Shown here: positions 1-17,400 of the stretch, piece by piece
Layout: each line of letters begins with the position of its first letter
Position numbering within the stretch: position 1 is the first letter of the stretch
From: Antedon mediterranea
Lineage: Eukaryota; Animalia; Echinodermata
Length of the DNA: 64,000 bases
Direction: 5' to 3'
Assembly: GCF_964355755.1 (NCBI RefSeq)
Contig: NC_092675.1
Location: 27,190,912 to 27,254,911 of the forward strand
The notes under the pieces: generated by a model
What the model saw: only the letters and a program-made list of their open reading frames with translations
Told to the model about the DNA's origin: nothing
Database searches by the model: none
Made by a program: the position numbers and the translations under genes

Positions 1-197
1 AAAAAACTGTATTACCTGAAAAAACTGTATTTAAAGCAAAAAATGGTCAAATTGATTAATTAATCTTCATTTTTCAAGTTTTTGGGGGGATAACACATCT
101 TTTAATGTCTGTTTTAATGCTTTGATTACACACACTATATTGCGTAAGTATTGTTCACAAAAATCTTTACTAATGATATTTAAATGTCTTTTGACAG

Positions 198-852
198 CTT
201 ATTAATCAACATCAACAAAGTTTTATTGAGCTTCTGAACGAGCAAGAGAGTACAGGGGTACCTGTGAGTGCAGGAGGCGGGGGAACTGGGACGGGAACAG
301 GGGGTGGAAGAGGTGCCAGGCAGCCTGCACAAGTTGCAATACAAATTACACCAGAAGAAAGGGAAGCCATAGATAGGGTAAGTACACACAATCAAAGTTC
401 CATAATAGCTGTAACAGGTTTAAGTCTCTCCTTGAATGTACTGGAAGTCCAGTGTACCCAAGTTGGTGTGCACTTTAAAGAACCCAGTGCATCTTTAACA
501 AAAGAAGGTTGTGACCCCATTGTGGACACATGAATGCGCACTATTTGGTGTATTTGGTATATTTAGGCATATCACTACCATATTTGGGCACATCACACTT
601 TTTTTGTCAAACTAGTTTGATAGTGTAGACAGAGATTTAGGCAAGATGCACATTGAGATGGTAATACTGTAATAAAAACACATTATAAATTGTATCCAAA
701 ATAACTTTCAAACTCTTGCTATTGTTGTTTTACAGTTGAAACAATTAGGTTTCTCGGAAAATGATGTCATCCAAGCGTACTTTGCCTGCGAGAAAAACGA
801 AAACTTAGCAGCAAACTTTTTGCTTCAGCCGGATGATTCAGACGATGCTTAG
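198..852 (+). CDS. RAD23: UV excision repair protein RAD23 homolog, last two coding exons (198-377, 736-852); 5' part lies outside the window
   Basis: Spliced translation [15 protein letters not shown]...[13 protein letters not shown]|[38 protein letters not shown] matches the end of the XPC-binding region plus UBA2 domain; canonical AG/GT borders; TAG at 850-852. Confidence 0.95.
425..535 (+). mobile_element. Fragment of Deu/Nin-domain-like SINE (related fragments at 1840-1960 and 18050-18375)
   Basis: Shares GTGCACTTTAAAGAACCCAGT..CATCTTT with the other copies. Confidence 0.5.
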
Positions 853-2952
853 AAGTGTTCAGTTATTGACAAACCTTGTTTTACAACTTGTCTCCAAATT
901 CGCGATAACCACCAAGTATTCTTTAGACTTATACTGGCAAACTGATCAGACCATTTACAGCTTACCTGATTGTTATTAGGTGGTTAGTTGGAATAAAGAA
1001 AGAACAGCTTAATACTGTGTTGTGTTTAACAAAGGAAATGCCGTTTTATTTTTTTCTTCCTCAAACAGGTATTAAATTGTCTCTAGGAATAACAGTATAA
1101 ACACAGAAGCACAGTAGAACATACAATATACTTATCAAATGGATTTTATAATCTTTTTGTGGTTTATCAATCATTTACTAACTCTATAAGCTCAACAACA
1201 ACCAGTTACATAAATGCGGGTTAACAACTATTTAATATTTTATGAATAATACTGAATTATTGGATATTAATTATAGCAATATATAATTTTCACAGTGTGT
1301 TACAGTATAATAATCGCAGTACGCTGTTGGACAACACCAAGTATACACAGTGGTGCATCTCATTTCCTAAATTGATGGTACTTTCTTAGACTATATATAA
1401 CATAAGAATAAGTTATATAAATTAAAGCATTATTTTATCGAATAATTCTTTTTAATAAACTACAATGCTTTAAATTTCCCTTAAATATATGTGAAATGTG
1501 TTTTAAATGTTGGCAGCAGGGTGTTCATAGAGAGAGCATTTAGTATATCTATCTGTCATTTTTTTGTTGATATCTACACATTTTATTGTGTCCCAGTACG
1601 TTTTATGAAATAAAAGAAAACACAAAATTATTAATGATTTTGAACAATAAGAAGTTTTTGAATCCGTTTGTTTAAAGTGAGGTAATAATTATAGAATCAT
1701 TAACTTTGGTAATAAATAAACACTCCGGGTAATTTATTCCAAATTATGTTCTATTGGGCGGGGCTTCATTCAAGGGAGGTGTATTCAAAAAAATACGTTA
1801 ATCGACAGTTTCAAGGCTCTCTTCGATCATTGTTCTGTTTCTTCTCGGATAATGAGATCACAGTGTACAGATCTAGCTTGTGTGCACTTTAAAGAACCCA
1901 GTACAGTGCATCTTTCAAAATAAAAGGGAGTTACCCCGGTGTACAGGTCCATCTCAGCCCCTTAATTCATGGTAAACACTTCACTATGGCGTCCATAGAG
2001 GGTCTAATTCAAATTTCAATTGAGGATGAATAATATAATAGAACATTTAAGATCTGTTCTACTGGAAAACAGAGCAGAAAAAAATAATAAAAATAGAAAA
2101 CCATAATCTAATAAAAAGTCAATGCAATATTCATATTCATTATTATTTAATATTACGGTAATAAAAATAATAGAGGTCACATTTAAAAAAAAACCATAAT
2201 GTTCATTGAATGTAAGGGTTTGTGTTAAAGTTATATTTGTATTTTATTCCATTTTTGTAAATTGTAACGGTATACTACAAACTTCTCAATACAGTCGATT
2301 TACATAAAACATTTGCATTCATCCTGGTTTATTTTCAAAATAATAAAAACACAATAATTGATTATATTAACTATTTCAAAATCAACTTGTTATTATTCAA
2401 CACAAAATCAACATAATCTAAAAAAATTCTCCTAATTATTAACTTACAAAATTTATCTTTTTTCTTCAAAACATGGCACACATCCAGTATTGCAGTCATG
2501 CTCTTTGGCAACTTTTCAAGTTTTGAAGTATCCCAAGTTTAGAATTTGATTATGTAAATGTCATTGGAAACTACCAGAACGGTCATTGGGTTGTGAGCAT
2601 GTGCTAATACATTGATTATTTATTATCTAAAATATGTACAGTTATTTCATCTTCTCTTTTCTTGTTATCCGGGGGAAAATTTGTGCGATAAAAGCGTGTT
2701 AATGAAGTTTAATAAACAGAGGTAGACGTTCCATGGACATTGCACTCTACTAGTTATATTTACATAAAGAAAAAGCTAGGTTATGCATATTGTTCACATG
2801 GCCAGTGACAGAGAAAGGAAAAGGGCATCTACAAAAAAAAGAACCCCATAGCCATCCCAACACTGTTAAAAATGTTCTGGATCCACCCAATGAAAAATAG
2901 CATCAAAATATAATGTCATTAATTCTTAAACATCAGACAGTTATATAACCAA

Positions 2953-3509
2953 AACTAGAGGGTACTCCGAGAGTACAAACCTCTGCCTACTGTAAAATTC
3001 CCCTACATAAAATTCCCCCTGAATATTTTTTTTTTTTATTAGTTCTAAGTGTAAATATGTTAACTGCACACTACAAAGTTGTGGATGACAGTGTGGTGTA
3101 ATGGTTATGTATTCAGCCTCTCACAGTTGAGATCACTGGTTCAAGCCCACTAAAGTTTTTATTTTTTTATTTCTTTTTTTTAGCTTTTTGTGGACCTTGA
3201 TCTTTGACCCTGACCCTTCAAAATTTAACCACAATTATATGATGTGTCATTGCTCAGTGTGGCTAAGTTTGGTGAGAATCGGATAAAAACTGTGGTCTGT
3301 AGGCAGTAAAATAGTTTTTTGTTAGTTGTGACCTTGACCTATGACCTTTTTCCCTCAAATTCGAACTCGTCCGAGCTTTTGGGGCATAGATCATTGTTGC
3401 CAAATTTGGTGTGAATCGGATAAAAACTGTGGCCTCTAGGCTGTTCACAGACACACACACACACAAACATACAGGGGTGAAAATATAACCTCCTTGGCGG
3501 AGGTAATAA
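2953..3509 (-). mobile_element. Helentron-associated non-autonomous element (HINE/DINE-1-like)
   Basis: On minus strand: 5' TTATTACCTCCGCCAAGGAGGT (subTIR plus inverted repeat), (GT)n microsatellite, internal repeats, 3' GGCAGAGG subTIR then GTACTCTCGGAGTAC hairpin and T-run; related copy at 57507-58140. Confidence 0.7.
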
Positions 3510-3856
3510 CAAGACAAAGTTTCCCAGGCACAACACAGTATTTTATACATAACATTAACATTAAAAAGTAGGGTTAAAATTCTAAAACATTTGCATTCCA
3601 GATCTGTATTGTTGCATTGCGAAACATAATACTACAGTATATTTACTAACATGTTTTAATATAATTAGGATATCTTCCTTACATCAACTTTTTATTTGGA
3701 ATAATTAACACCCCTCCTTACACACCAAGTAGTTATATTGGGAGTATTGCTTACTTACAAACATGGAATAATAAAGTACTCTTTGAATCTTGAATACTAC
3801 TAGCATTTGTCATTGTTTTAATATCTTACAATACATTATCTACTAAATCCAACACG

Positions 3857-7403
<3,547 letters not shown>

Positions 7404-7808
7404 GTTTGATAAAGTACACACGAGACAACCTCTTTCATGAAAATGGTTTTCAAACATTTATAAAGGAAAATTTGTTGGGCAGTAAACCTTTGCGAAATAA
7501 AATTCATACACATATTGGTCATCATAAAAAAGAACGATGGGAGGTTAAACTAAACTAAAAAAACACCCTGGAGCGAGAATGTTTGTATCAAAAAATAAAT
7601 AAAATACACAACATTTGTTTTCTTATTTATTTTATACAAAATCTGGATTCAGAAAGTAACACACACAACAATAAGCATTACATGATTCGTTTCCATTTGT
7701 TATAGTATAATATACACAGGCACAATAATTTAAATATGTTTACACTACAGTCAAATGTATCTTACAATAAATAAAAACAACTTTTTCAATTAAAACAATT
7801 GGTTTTAG

Positions 7809-8032
7809 CAAGGCAGTCTAACAGGATGCGCAGCTCCTGAGATCAAAGGGGTTTTCTGTGGCTGCGACACGATCAGTTCCACGCCCTTAACAACAGAGAG
7901 AATGCAGAGAATATGTACATACAGTGGTACAGAATCGTTTGTATTTGTCGTAGCCAGACATAAGATCAAACGAATGTTACAAGTTCATATATTGGCAAGG
8001 CAAGCTCAGTGTCCTGTTGTTAGATTGCCTTG
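7809..8032. mobile_element. Small TIR element (P-like MITE if CAAGG ends with 7-bp TSD, or MULE-like if 9-bp TSD)
   Basis: Ends CAAGGCAGTCTAACA...TGTTAGATTGCCTTG; GTTTTAG duplicated at 7802-7808 and 8033-8039. Confidence 0.65.
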
Positions 8033-10254
8033 GTTTTAGCTACACTTTCTATATAGATGATCGAATTGATCAATCAAATTGATTGAATACCTTTAAAGAT
8101 TGGAAACCCGTTAACTTTTCTCTTTTCTTCCTATTTGATGTCAAATTTTAAATAAATCAAAATTATGTAAATATTTAACAAGATCACTATTACATCTATA
8201 TACATCTATACATAGCAAAAATTGTTTTAAAGGGGAAAACTATTTTCAAATTTGTTTGGTCTAGTGTTTTGTATTTCTTAATTTCTTTGGTTTATAAGTC
8301 CGTAAAGTACTCTTTTCTGTAATTGATTTTTACTTAAGACTTAATTAACTTATTAACTGGTTAATATGCATGTAGATATCTAGCGTGCATATTGGTCTTC
8401 TAGTTATCGAATGCCTACCATATTGGATTATTGAAATAAGATATAGCCTAGCATTTCAATAGATACTGGTACTATAATCCTTCAAAACATATTACAGTAC
8501 AGTATAAAATATGATAGTACCAAGATATCTATATACCATATATATAATATAAGTAATGACATGTTGCTATAATGTAAATATTACTACTTTGTACAATAAT
8601 CATTTGCAGATGGATATTACAATGCAAATATTTTGTTGACCTTAAATATGGAAGGATATTCAACCACTACTCATACTACTACTACTGTACTACTATATGT
8701 GGATTTTGTTACTATTGCTAAGATAGGGGTACCATATCTGTTCTATAAGCAGATTGGATTTGATCAGCTTAATTTTTGATGCATTTATCAATTTAAAACT
8801 GATCCTAATGGTGTAAGAGCACATTAATTAAATCACAAAGTAACAATTAAATGCAAACTTAAGTAAAAAACACAAATAAAGTAACCTATTACTAATTATA
8901 AATAAAATATATTTAAAAGTTAAAATACTATTTTTAAATGCATTGTATCAAAAATTAAATTATACCATCCATACAGATATTATTTATATTATAATATCTC
9001 TATGATTATACTAAATCAAACATATACTAAAATAACAATTTTATTATTTAAGTTATGTATTATTTTATTCAAAAAATTATTATTATATGTTATTTTATAT
9101 CAATTTATAGGTGGGATAACTCATTGTGGTTAGTACTAAAGCTTACTCATTACTGTCATTTTATGGTGATAATTTTGAATCTAAAATATGCATCCTTTAC
9201 ATCAAATAAGTGACCTTTAATTTAGGAGTAACTGTGGAAGTGACTAGTGAATCAGATGACCATGGTCAAGATGAAACTATAATTGGTAAACATTGGTCTT
9301 ATTGAGTGGTCAAAACCAAGATTCCTAGGTATTTAAGAGTGAATTATTCTCAAACGCCATTAATACAAAATGTTAATGTATTGCATGTTTATTGTAATGT
9401 CTATAAAATTAACATTTAACGTATTAATATTCTATTGGCTAAACAAATGTATTATTTTTGGAAAATCATTAAAAAAATGATAATTAACAACAGCACCAGA
9501 GGTATCTTTACAGGATTTAGAGGTTAAAGGAGGTAATAGAACATTTATACTACATTTTACATTCTGTACAGCTTTTCTTAAAATAAAAATTTAAATCATA
9601 CGCTAAACATTAATTTAAATTTAGTAATTGATTCAAATACTTTAGCAATAAAAAAAAACAATGTGTTAGTTGTCAACTGCAAACCCCTCAACTTCCTTTA
9701 ATTCCCCTCAACTCTTCCTCAATTTAAAATGCACTACTTTTACGGCAAACTCTTCTGTCATTTATTTTTGCTTTTAATATTACTGTCAAATGTATACTTT
9801 GTTTTTCAACATTTGTAATGAAATCCTCATATTTTCATTTGCACCTCAATTCAAAATTTGACAGAAAACAGGTTGTTTAGGCTTAATTTACATATGCTAC
9901 TTTCTACATATCGGGAGGTGTGTACACTCATTGTAGAGATGACCTAATTGCCACATACACTATACAATATACATTACAACAAGGTGAAAACATCTAACAA
10001 TATATCTAACAGGCCTTACCAAGGTATTGTATGTAAAATCTATGTACAAAAACATCTATCTAAAATATATACATGAATAAGGATAAAGCATACAATTATT
10101 GGTAAAATTATAATTCATTAAAATAAATGTAGAGGTACAGTAAATTACAACATTGTTAAATACAGTTAAATAATATCAATACATCTAAAAACAATTTAAA
10201 TTAATTAATATTGAATGCCCAATTAATTTGTCTTATATTAAATAGGAAACACTA

Positions 10255-10678
10255 CTGTGGAAACCCTGTGAAGGAGACATTTCTGGACTCACTTTATTTA
10301 AGCTTGGGTTCCCACTAGGACGTAACATAAGGATGTAAATGCAACGCAAGTGTGTTGACAAGCGACAGTTCGTATAATCCATCGCTTGTGATTGGTCAAC
10401 TAACTTGCGTATCTAGTGGGAACCAGGCATAAAGGGCCTTTCACACCTGTTCCGGCTAGGCGAATCGAACGCTGATGTTTTGTTTTCACGACAATCGCAA
10501 TGCTTGAGCCACATAAAAACCATAGATTGACATTCGATTGGATTTGTTGGCGCCGGATTGGAACCGTGCTGAAACAGGTGTGAAAGACTCTTTAGGGGTG
10601 ACCCAAGAATAGGTTAGAACATAATATTGCCCGCTTAAGTGACCTCGTAATAGGGCACCATCTCCTTAATGTTACTGT
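10255..10678. mobile_element. Decayed Tc1/mariner-like MITE interrupted by two adjacent Harbinger-like MITEs (about 10300-10429 and 10433-10592)
   Basis: TIR pairs GGTTCCCACTAG/CTAGTGGGAACC and TTTCACACCTGTT/AACAGGTGTGAAA with TAA/TTA flanks; first family recurs at 12744-12901, second at about 28824. Confidence 0.55.
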
Positions 10679-11496
10679 ATGAAAGTTTATTATAACATTA
10701 AATCACCTTATCTGTCTGTTTATTCTACAAAAATATTTTATTTAAAACATGATGTGTTTGTTCTTGTCTTAATCATAAAATTTCATTATTCTTTCTTTAT
10801 GAATTAATAGATTTTATAGATTAAATTTTATAAGGAGAGCTTAAATAGTTGTAGAATATAGTATTTTTCTTTATAGAAATTGCTTTAATATTTTATAAAA
10901 CATTGTTTCATTAAATCATCTGAAATGCAGCACTTTTTGTCTGGATATTTGATAATAAAAATTAGACATGGGATTAAAATAAGATTAAATGAAAGTAAAG
11001 AAAAATCTTATAGTTACTATACAATATAAAAGTAGATTCAATTGATCCACTCTAGCTGAATGGACGATCCCCATAATATTGTTGAACCAAAATCAATTCA
11101 TAAAATGTAAATACATCAGTTTCTAAAATATCTTAATTTCATAAATCATCCAAAAATGTATTAATAATTAATTAATAAATATAAGAAAAAATTGTCATAT
11201 AAAAGATTTAGATTTAAATTATATGAAATGGCAAAAATTTAGGAACCAAATTGGTGATCATCTTAATAGTAAAGATCATGTCCATGTCATTTGTTTAATT
11301 ACTTAAACTTATATTTACAATTTTAGAAACTCAAATATTTTGTATCATTATATTATTGAATTAGACTGATCAATATTTGTTTTAAGATCCTAAAATTGTC
11401 ATACCCATTCTCCGAATCATAAATATTGGTCCAGCCAAATAAGGAAACAAAATATCAAAAATGTTATTTTATTAATTGCATTGTCTTTTTTTTCTT

Positions 11497-14400
11497 TCAA
11501 AAAGCAGTATCCACATGGTGTACCTGAACAGGAACCTGTAACATTGACGGTGGTAATGAAGGTAAAACTGTTTGACCCGGTACGGGGTCAATGACCTTTT
11601 CTTGACCTTCTACAATATCTTGGCTAGGTACGCTGTGGTATGACCGTGCTTTGTTTCTACGAGATTGTCTTTCACTTGAAACGCGCGGTGGTGGGTTAAG
11701 CAATGGTGGTTCTATTAAAGAAGTTGACACGGACGATGCATCATCTGAGAACTCTGCCCGGCCATGATAATGGCGACCTCGGTCATTATACAGCGGTTCT
11801 GGTTCCACGTAATGATACTCGCTATCTTCGTGTGGAGTCATTGTGCTGTAACCGTGGTCGCTTTCACTTGGTGTAGCACCATGATGATGTCGCCATACGT
11901 GATGCCTCATACGCTGATGGTATGGGCTTGGACGGTCCAGGGCTGCTAATACAATATTTGCATGCATATCTGAAAAAGAAAAATTGTTTATTCCTCATCA
12001 TTTTAGGTACACAGTTGAAAAAAATAATTAATATCAAAGGGTTTATTCTCTGTTTCATTTGCTCTGCTCTTAGTGTTTTATCTATGTTCTGAAAATGAGA
12101 CTTGCCAAAATGCAGGGAGTGACCAAGACCGGCGTCCATTTTAATATTTGAACTCATATTGAATATACAGATAATTCATTAATAATTTCCAATAAAATAA
12201 TAAGTTTCCAATAAACATGGTCTGTTGGTATATAGCTGAAAACAATTAAAATGTTTTAATGCAAACAAAGTTACATACAATCCTACAAAACAAGTCATAT
12301 ACTTGGCGAATGCAACTATTTCCACATGCAAGTAAAAAGGGAATCTAGGGAAAAGAAGCCGGTAGAATAGGCAACGAGAAACACTTACGGCCACCAACAG
12401 CACCACCTCCTTGTGGTGGATCCATCGGGCTGTCGTCCTCTATCTCAGCTTCGTTGTCCTGTGACATACGTACAGACGCATCTTGATAATTTGCCATTTC
12501 TAGCCGTTGCAAACGATGTACATTGTGACGGTAGATGAAAAACGACAAAGCTAACACGACAATGAAGCCCATTAGACCACCGGCCATGGGTCCAACTTGA
12601 GCTCCAACGCTGTAGTACTTCTCACTGAAACTTGAATCTGAAATAATGATTTTGTGTGAATTCATTATAAATAATTCGGAGACTATTATGATGGTTTTTA
12701 TAGTTGGAACAGTTTACAGTGCATTCCTTTGTACACCCCTATTAAGCTTGGTTCGCACTAGTGACGCAATGCAAGGACGGAATGCAGCGTAAATGATTTG
12801 ACCGATGGAGTGATAGATTATTCGAACAGAGGCTTGTCATTGGTTAACTTGCTTGCGTTGCTCGTATGTCCTTGTGTTGCGTCTCTAGTGGGAAACAGGC
12901 TTAAAAGTGACACTTTCAAATACAAAGGAAAAAAATATATGTTTTAACACTATGCTGGCAAATCCATTTTGAGACATTCCTATTCATGTGATACCCCATA
13001 AGAAACACTTAGTAGGAGTTCTACTGTATCTATTTGAACTGAAAAATGTGAAAGTAACAGACTGTGTGTTGCATTTTGAATAAAACCTACATTCTTCATC
13101 GCCGTACGGTGATTTCGCTCCTAAGACACCGCCAAAACATTCCCGCTGTGTTGCGCAGTATGGAGCACTAAGCATGGATGAGCCGTCTTTATCTATTTCG
13201 CACCACTCGCAGTCAATAACCCCAAAACAGTTATCGTAAGTGTTCCTAGCCTTGCAGTTAGAGTCATAACACTGTGGCAGGTCTTTGGTCAGGCTTTCAT
13301 CTACTTCTGGTAAGATGACTGGTTCTTCTGGACAATGGCAGCTTGGTTTCCTTAAAAATATTAAAGAAATACATTAAAAATAAACCGAAACTGATTTTGC
13401 CTTATACACCAAAGTTTATGAAGAACGGAGTGTAACATGAATGCATGCGCAACGACCATTTGAATTTAAAGTAATGAAGATTTCAACAGTGCAGATTTCT
13501 GAGGTATATGCAAATCTTTATTACGTATGTGTGGTCATAGGTTTAAGAATCTGTATTAGATACAGATTCTTTTTATTATCCAACATAATGGAAATTACAG
13601 ATTCATCTTTTCGTGGAGACAATTTAAAATACAACACCTGTTCACTTACTTATCCTTATGCTTTATACTACCCTGACATTGGTCTACACTAAGGTTGCAT
13701 TCACATGGACACTCGCATTCCGTCTGCTCCATACGATGACAATTCAGACAAACTCTATCCACCTAAAATAAAAGAGAAATAAATAGCAATTCTAAGGTTT
13801 TTTCCCCTAAGAAACTAAATTACAAGTTTTATAAATATTTTTTTTTTTCATTTTTAAATACACAGTACAGAGCTATAAATAATATTATTATCAAGTCTAT
13901 ACCGTTATAAAAAAAAGCAAAATGTATAACTTACAGTGCTACAAGGGCAAAAAGTTGTAATCATATCACAAGTTTCATTCACAATTCCCACAAACGCATT
14001 GGTTCCTGGGATGTTGACAATCTTATACTTTTGGCAGTGATCTTTATGCAGAAGGTTTGATAGTAAACCAGTCCAACTAGTGTTGAACTCGTACAGACGC
14101 TGGATAGTAGCATCTGGATAGCTGTTGCAAGACTTCTTTTTAACAAAGCCCTGATGATTCAGAATATCATTGGCAACTAGTGGTTCCTGCAAGGAAAAGA
14201 AGCAATAAAATTGTGTACATAAAATAAGGCGGGGGTTGGGGGCAGGTCAAGAAGGATTACACGTGTAAGCATAAATATAACAAGGCATTTCATTAGAATC
14301 TATACAGTCTTTAATTTGAGCTCAGACACTATACTTATATTCTGCGTGCTAAAGAGGAGACAGGGTTTGGGACTTTCCAGCATCAGGAGACTGGACGTTT

Positions 14401-17400
14401 TACTGGGTAAGACAAGGAGAACCAGTTAAAACTGGACAAGATGTTGAATTGAGATGGTGAGGGAATGGAAAACCATTATTACGCCAACTCTCTCAACTCT
14501 CAGAAAGTCACAATTTCCACTAGTTTTGCTCAGGGCATAGACTTAAGTTTTTCAGAAAATGCCCAAGCACCTTGAAGTGTCAGAAAGAATTGTAAATTGT
14601 TGGCATACCTTGTGGGTGATATGTTGCTTCTCAATCGGTCCTTTACCAGCTGGTTCTACTAGACTAGGATGTGCTATCAGGTAACCTGCATCATCTATCA
14701 TAAAACACCTACAAAAGAAATCCATCATAATAAGTACAACTGTATATGATTGAAGGTTTGCATGGCGAAATCAAATGTTGATATAAATTCAGCGGTACAC
14801 TACGTATATTAGTTCTGAAAAGAACTGTTGAGTTTCTCGACGTTTCGATCAATATGCTTTGATCTACTACAGTATTTCTATGCATGTAACATATTACATT
14901 CTATTGATTTTAAATAACTGATCAAAACAACGATTAATATTTTTGTTTACATTTTAATTTTATGGATAAATTTTTACTTGGTCAGTAGATCATAATGTCA
15001 GTGACAAATAGGCACACACATTCATACCAGGAATTATTATTACCTCCGTGTAATATGAGATGAAATGAAAAGACAATTACATATGTACAATTATTATATA
15101 TAAAGAAATCCATCATAATAAGTACAACTGTATTTGTATGTGGGTTTTTTTTTATTTTTTTTTTTATTTTTTTTTTTATTATTTCATACTCATCCAACAG
15201 CGAGTAACTCGCCAATTACAGGATGGATAAACTATTTAATAATTTATCTAATAATTTATCGTGCTTATAAACTAAGTCTCATTTGAGGCTTAGGGAGTGG
15301 AGTTGAAAGAGTCATGAGTTACAACCCTGCACTAGGTCAGGATTGAACCCGGGACCTTGGGATTGGAAGGCAAGCACCAAGCTACAGCTCCACTCATTAC
15401 ATTCTATTGGTTTTAAATAGCTGACATTTTTTTGTATCTATTTCTATTTAGTAATAACGCCTTCATAATCATTAGGAATAGTCCTGAACAGGGAGATGAG
15501 CGCCCCTGCCCACCGATGAGTTTCGGGATCCCTTTGACCCGGAGGGAGAGTACCCGTCAGGGTCCCTACCAAGGGTTACAGGTCCCAGGTTTTTAGTTGT
15601 TTTTAAAATTAATTAGTGTTCCATGACCTTCTCATCAAAATTAACGTCTCTGATTGTTGTGCTATGTCAACATAATGTCAATGACGGCGAAATGTCCCCA
15701 ATAATGGGGATAGCTATGCAAACAAGTAACAAGTAACAAGCAACATATCGTGAGGGTGTGTGGCGCAGTGTGTTGGACGTCGGACTACTGATCGTAAGAT
15801 CGAGGTTCGAATCCAACTCCCGCTGCATTGCTTGTATCCTTAGGCAAGATACATTACTTACTTTTGACTCTCTCCACCCAGGTGTATAAATGGGAACCTG
15901 GTTAGATCAAGACACAACTTTGCGCGGATTACTAGCTGCATTATGGGAGTATGTTTCCATTCGTGTTTGACCCAAAAAAGTGACTGGGATAATAATGTTC
16001 AGCGCTTACAGGTTTCATAACATTAGGCGCTATATAAATCTAGGATAATATTAATATTATTTGAAAATTTGTATTTGGTCAGTAGATCATATTGTCAGTG
16101 ACGTCACAAATAGCACAAACATTTAAACCATAAATTATTGTACAATCTTTTAATCACTGTACACACAACATTAATTTCATTTTGGAAAAACGAGATGAAA
16201 TGTAAAGACATTTATTGTTTATTACAATGAAAACTTAAAAACATTTTTACTTACCTAACCGTTGAATGTCTACACATGGGTAATGTATCAAGAAGCAGTT
16301 TGTAAAAGTATCGAATAGTAAAATCAATACCAACAACAGCCACTACACGGTCACTTGGGTCATGTAAACCAGTTGAACTAATAAGAGATAAAAAAAACAA
16401 AACTATTACATTTAGGAATAATGTTGGTTTATTTTCAACCTGTTTATGCAATTATTTGGCTAGTCTTTTTTGTTAATCGTACACACTGTTATTGTGCAGT
16501 CATAAACTACGTTGAAACAAAATAAAAGCATACTTTATTGCAGTACGAAATGTAGTTACTGCAGAAAAATCATTTTGACATCATCCCTTAGTGTTAAGTA
16601 AGTAAATAGTCTCTTATATGACATTGTAGATATTTATCTGACTGGCTTTTTCCCATTTTCTAATCGAACACTGTATAAATGAATTAATGTAAATTAACAG
16701 AAATAAATTACATACCTGCCCTCAAAAAGAACATGGCTAATGGTGACAACATAACCCCCTCCTCCAACATCCAAGTAAGGGGAGGATACAGTAACCAGTC
16801 CAGGGTTGTCTATGGCACGCACGTACCAACTTCTCTGCGATGGTTCATAATCTTTGTCAAGCAGAGTTCCAGGGTACATCCGCAGAACACCAGAAAGAGT
16901 GACAAGGTATCTAGAAAACAATGATATAAAATAAATCGGTGATAAAAATATTCTTATACCAATACATTTGTTGTCTACACTATCAAACTAGTTTGAAAAA
17001 AAAAAAGTGTGATGTGCCCGCATATGGTAGTAATATGACATCATCATGTCCATATATGGGCACATCACATTAGTTTGATAGTGTAGACAGAGCTTTAGAC
17101 AATTATAAACCTGCATACCCTGAATAGGATACAAATTGATAACTTGTAGTTCGATATTAATAATTAATAACTTACCTTCGAACAATATAGTCATTTAACT
17201 CGCTATTGTGAATTTGATTCATCCAAAACATATCAATACTTTTGGTTGCACTGACATCATTTTTAATAGTAAGCTACAAAAATGCATTACAAAAAAAAAC
17301 AAATATGTAAAAGTAAGTGCATTTATAAAGTTGTAACATTATTGTAAGGAAAAATAAACACAGCTTTTTAGGGTTTTTTTTAACTTAAATCATTATGTAG

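Noticed and set aside
15515-15565. Minus-strand CTGACGG...GAAAC as a hammerhead ribozyme
   Set aside because: Core is CUGACGG, not CUGANGA, and no stem III/NUH or stem I could be formed
15751-15825. tRNA gene
   Set aside because: Continues into a SINE body and LINE-like tail; acceptor stem is poor
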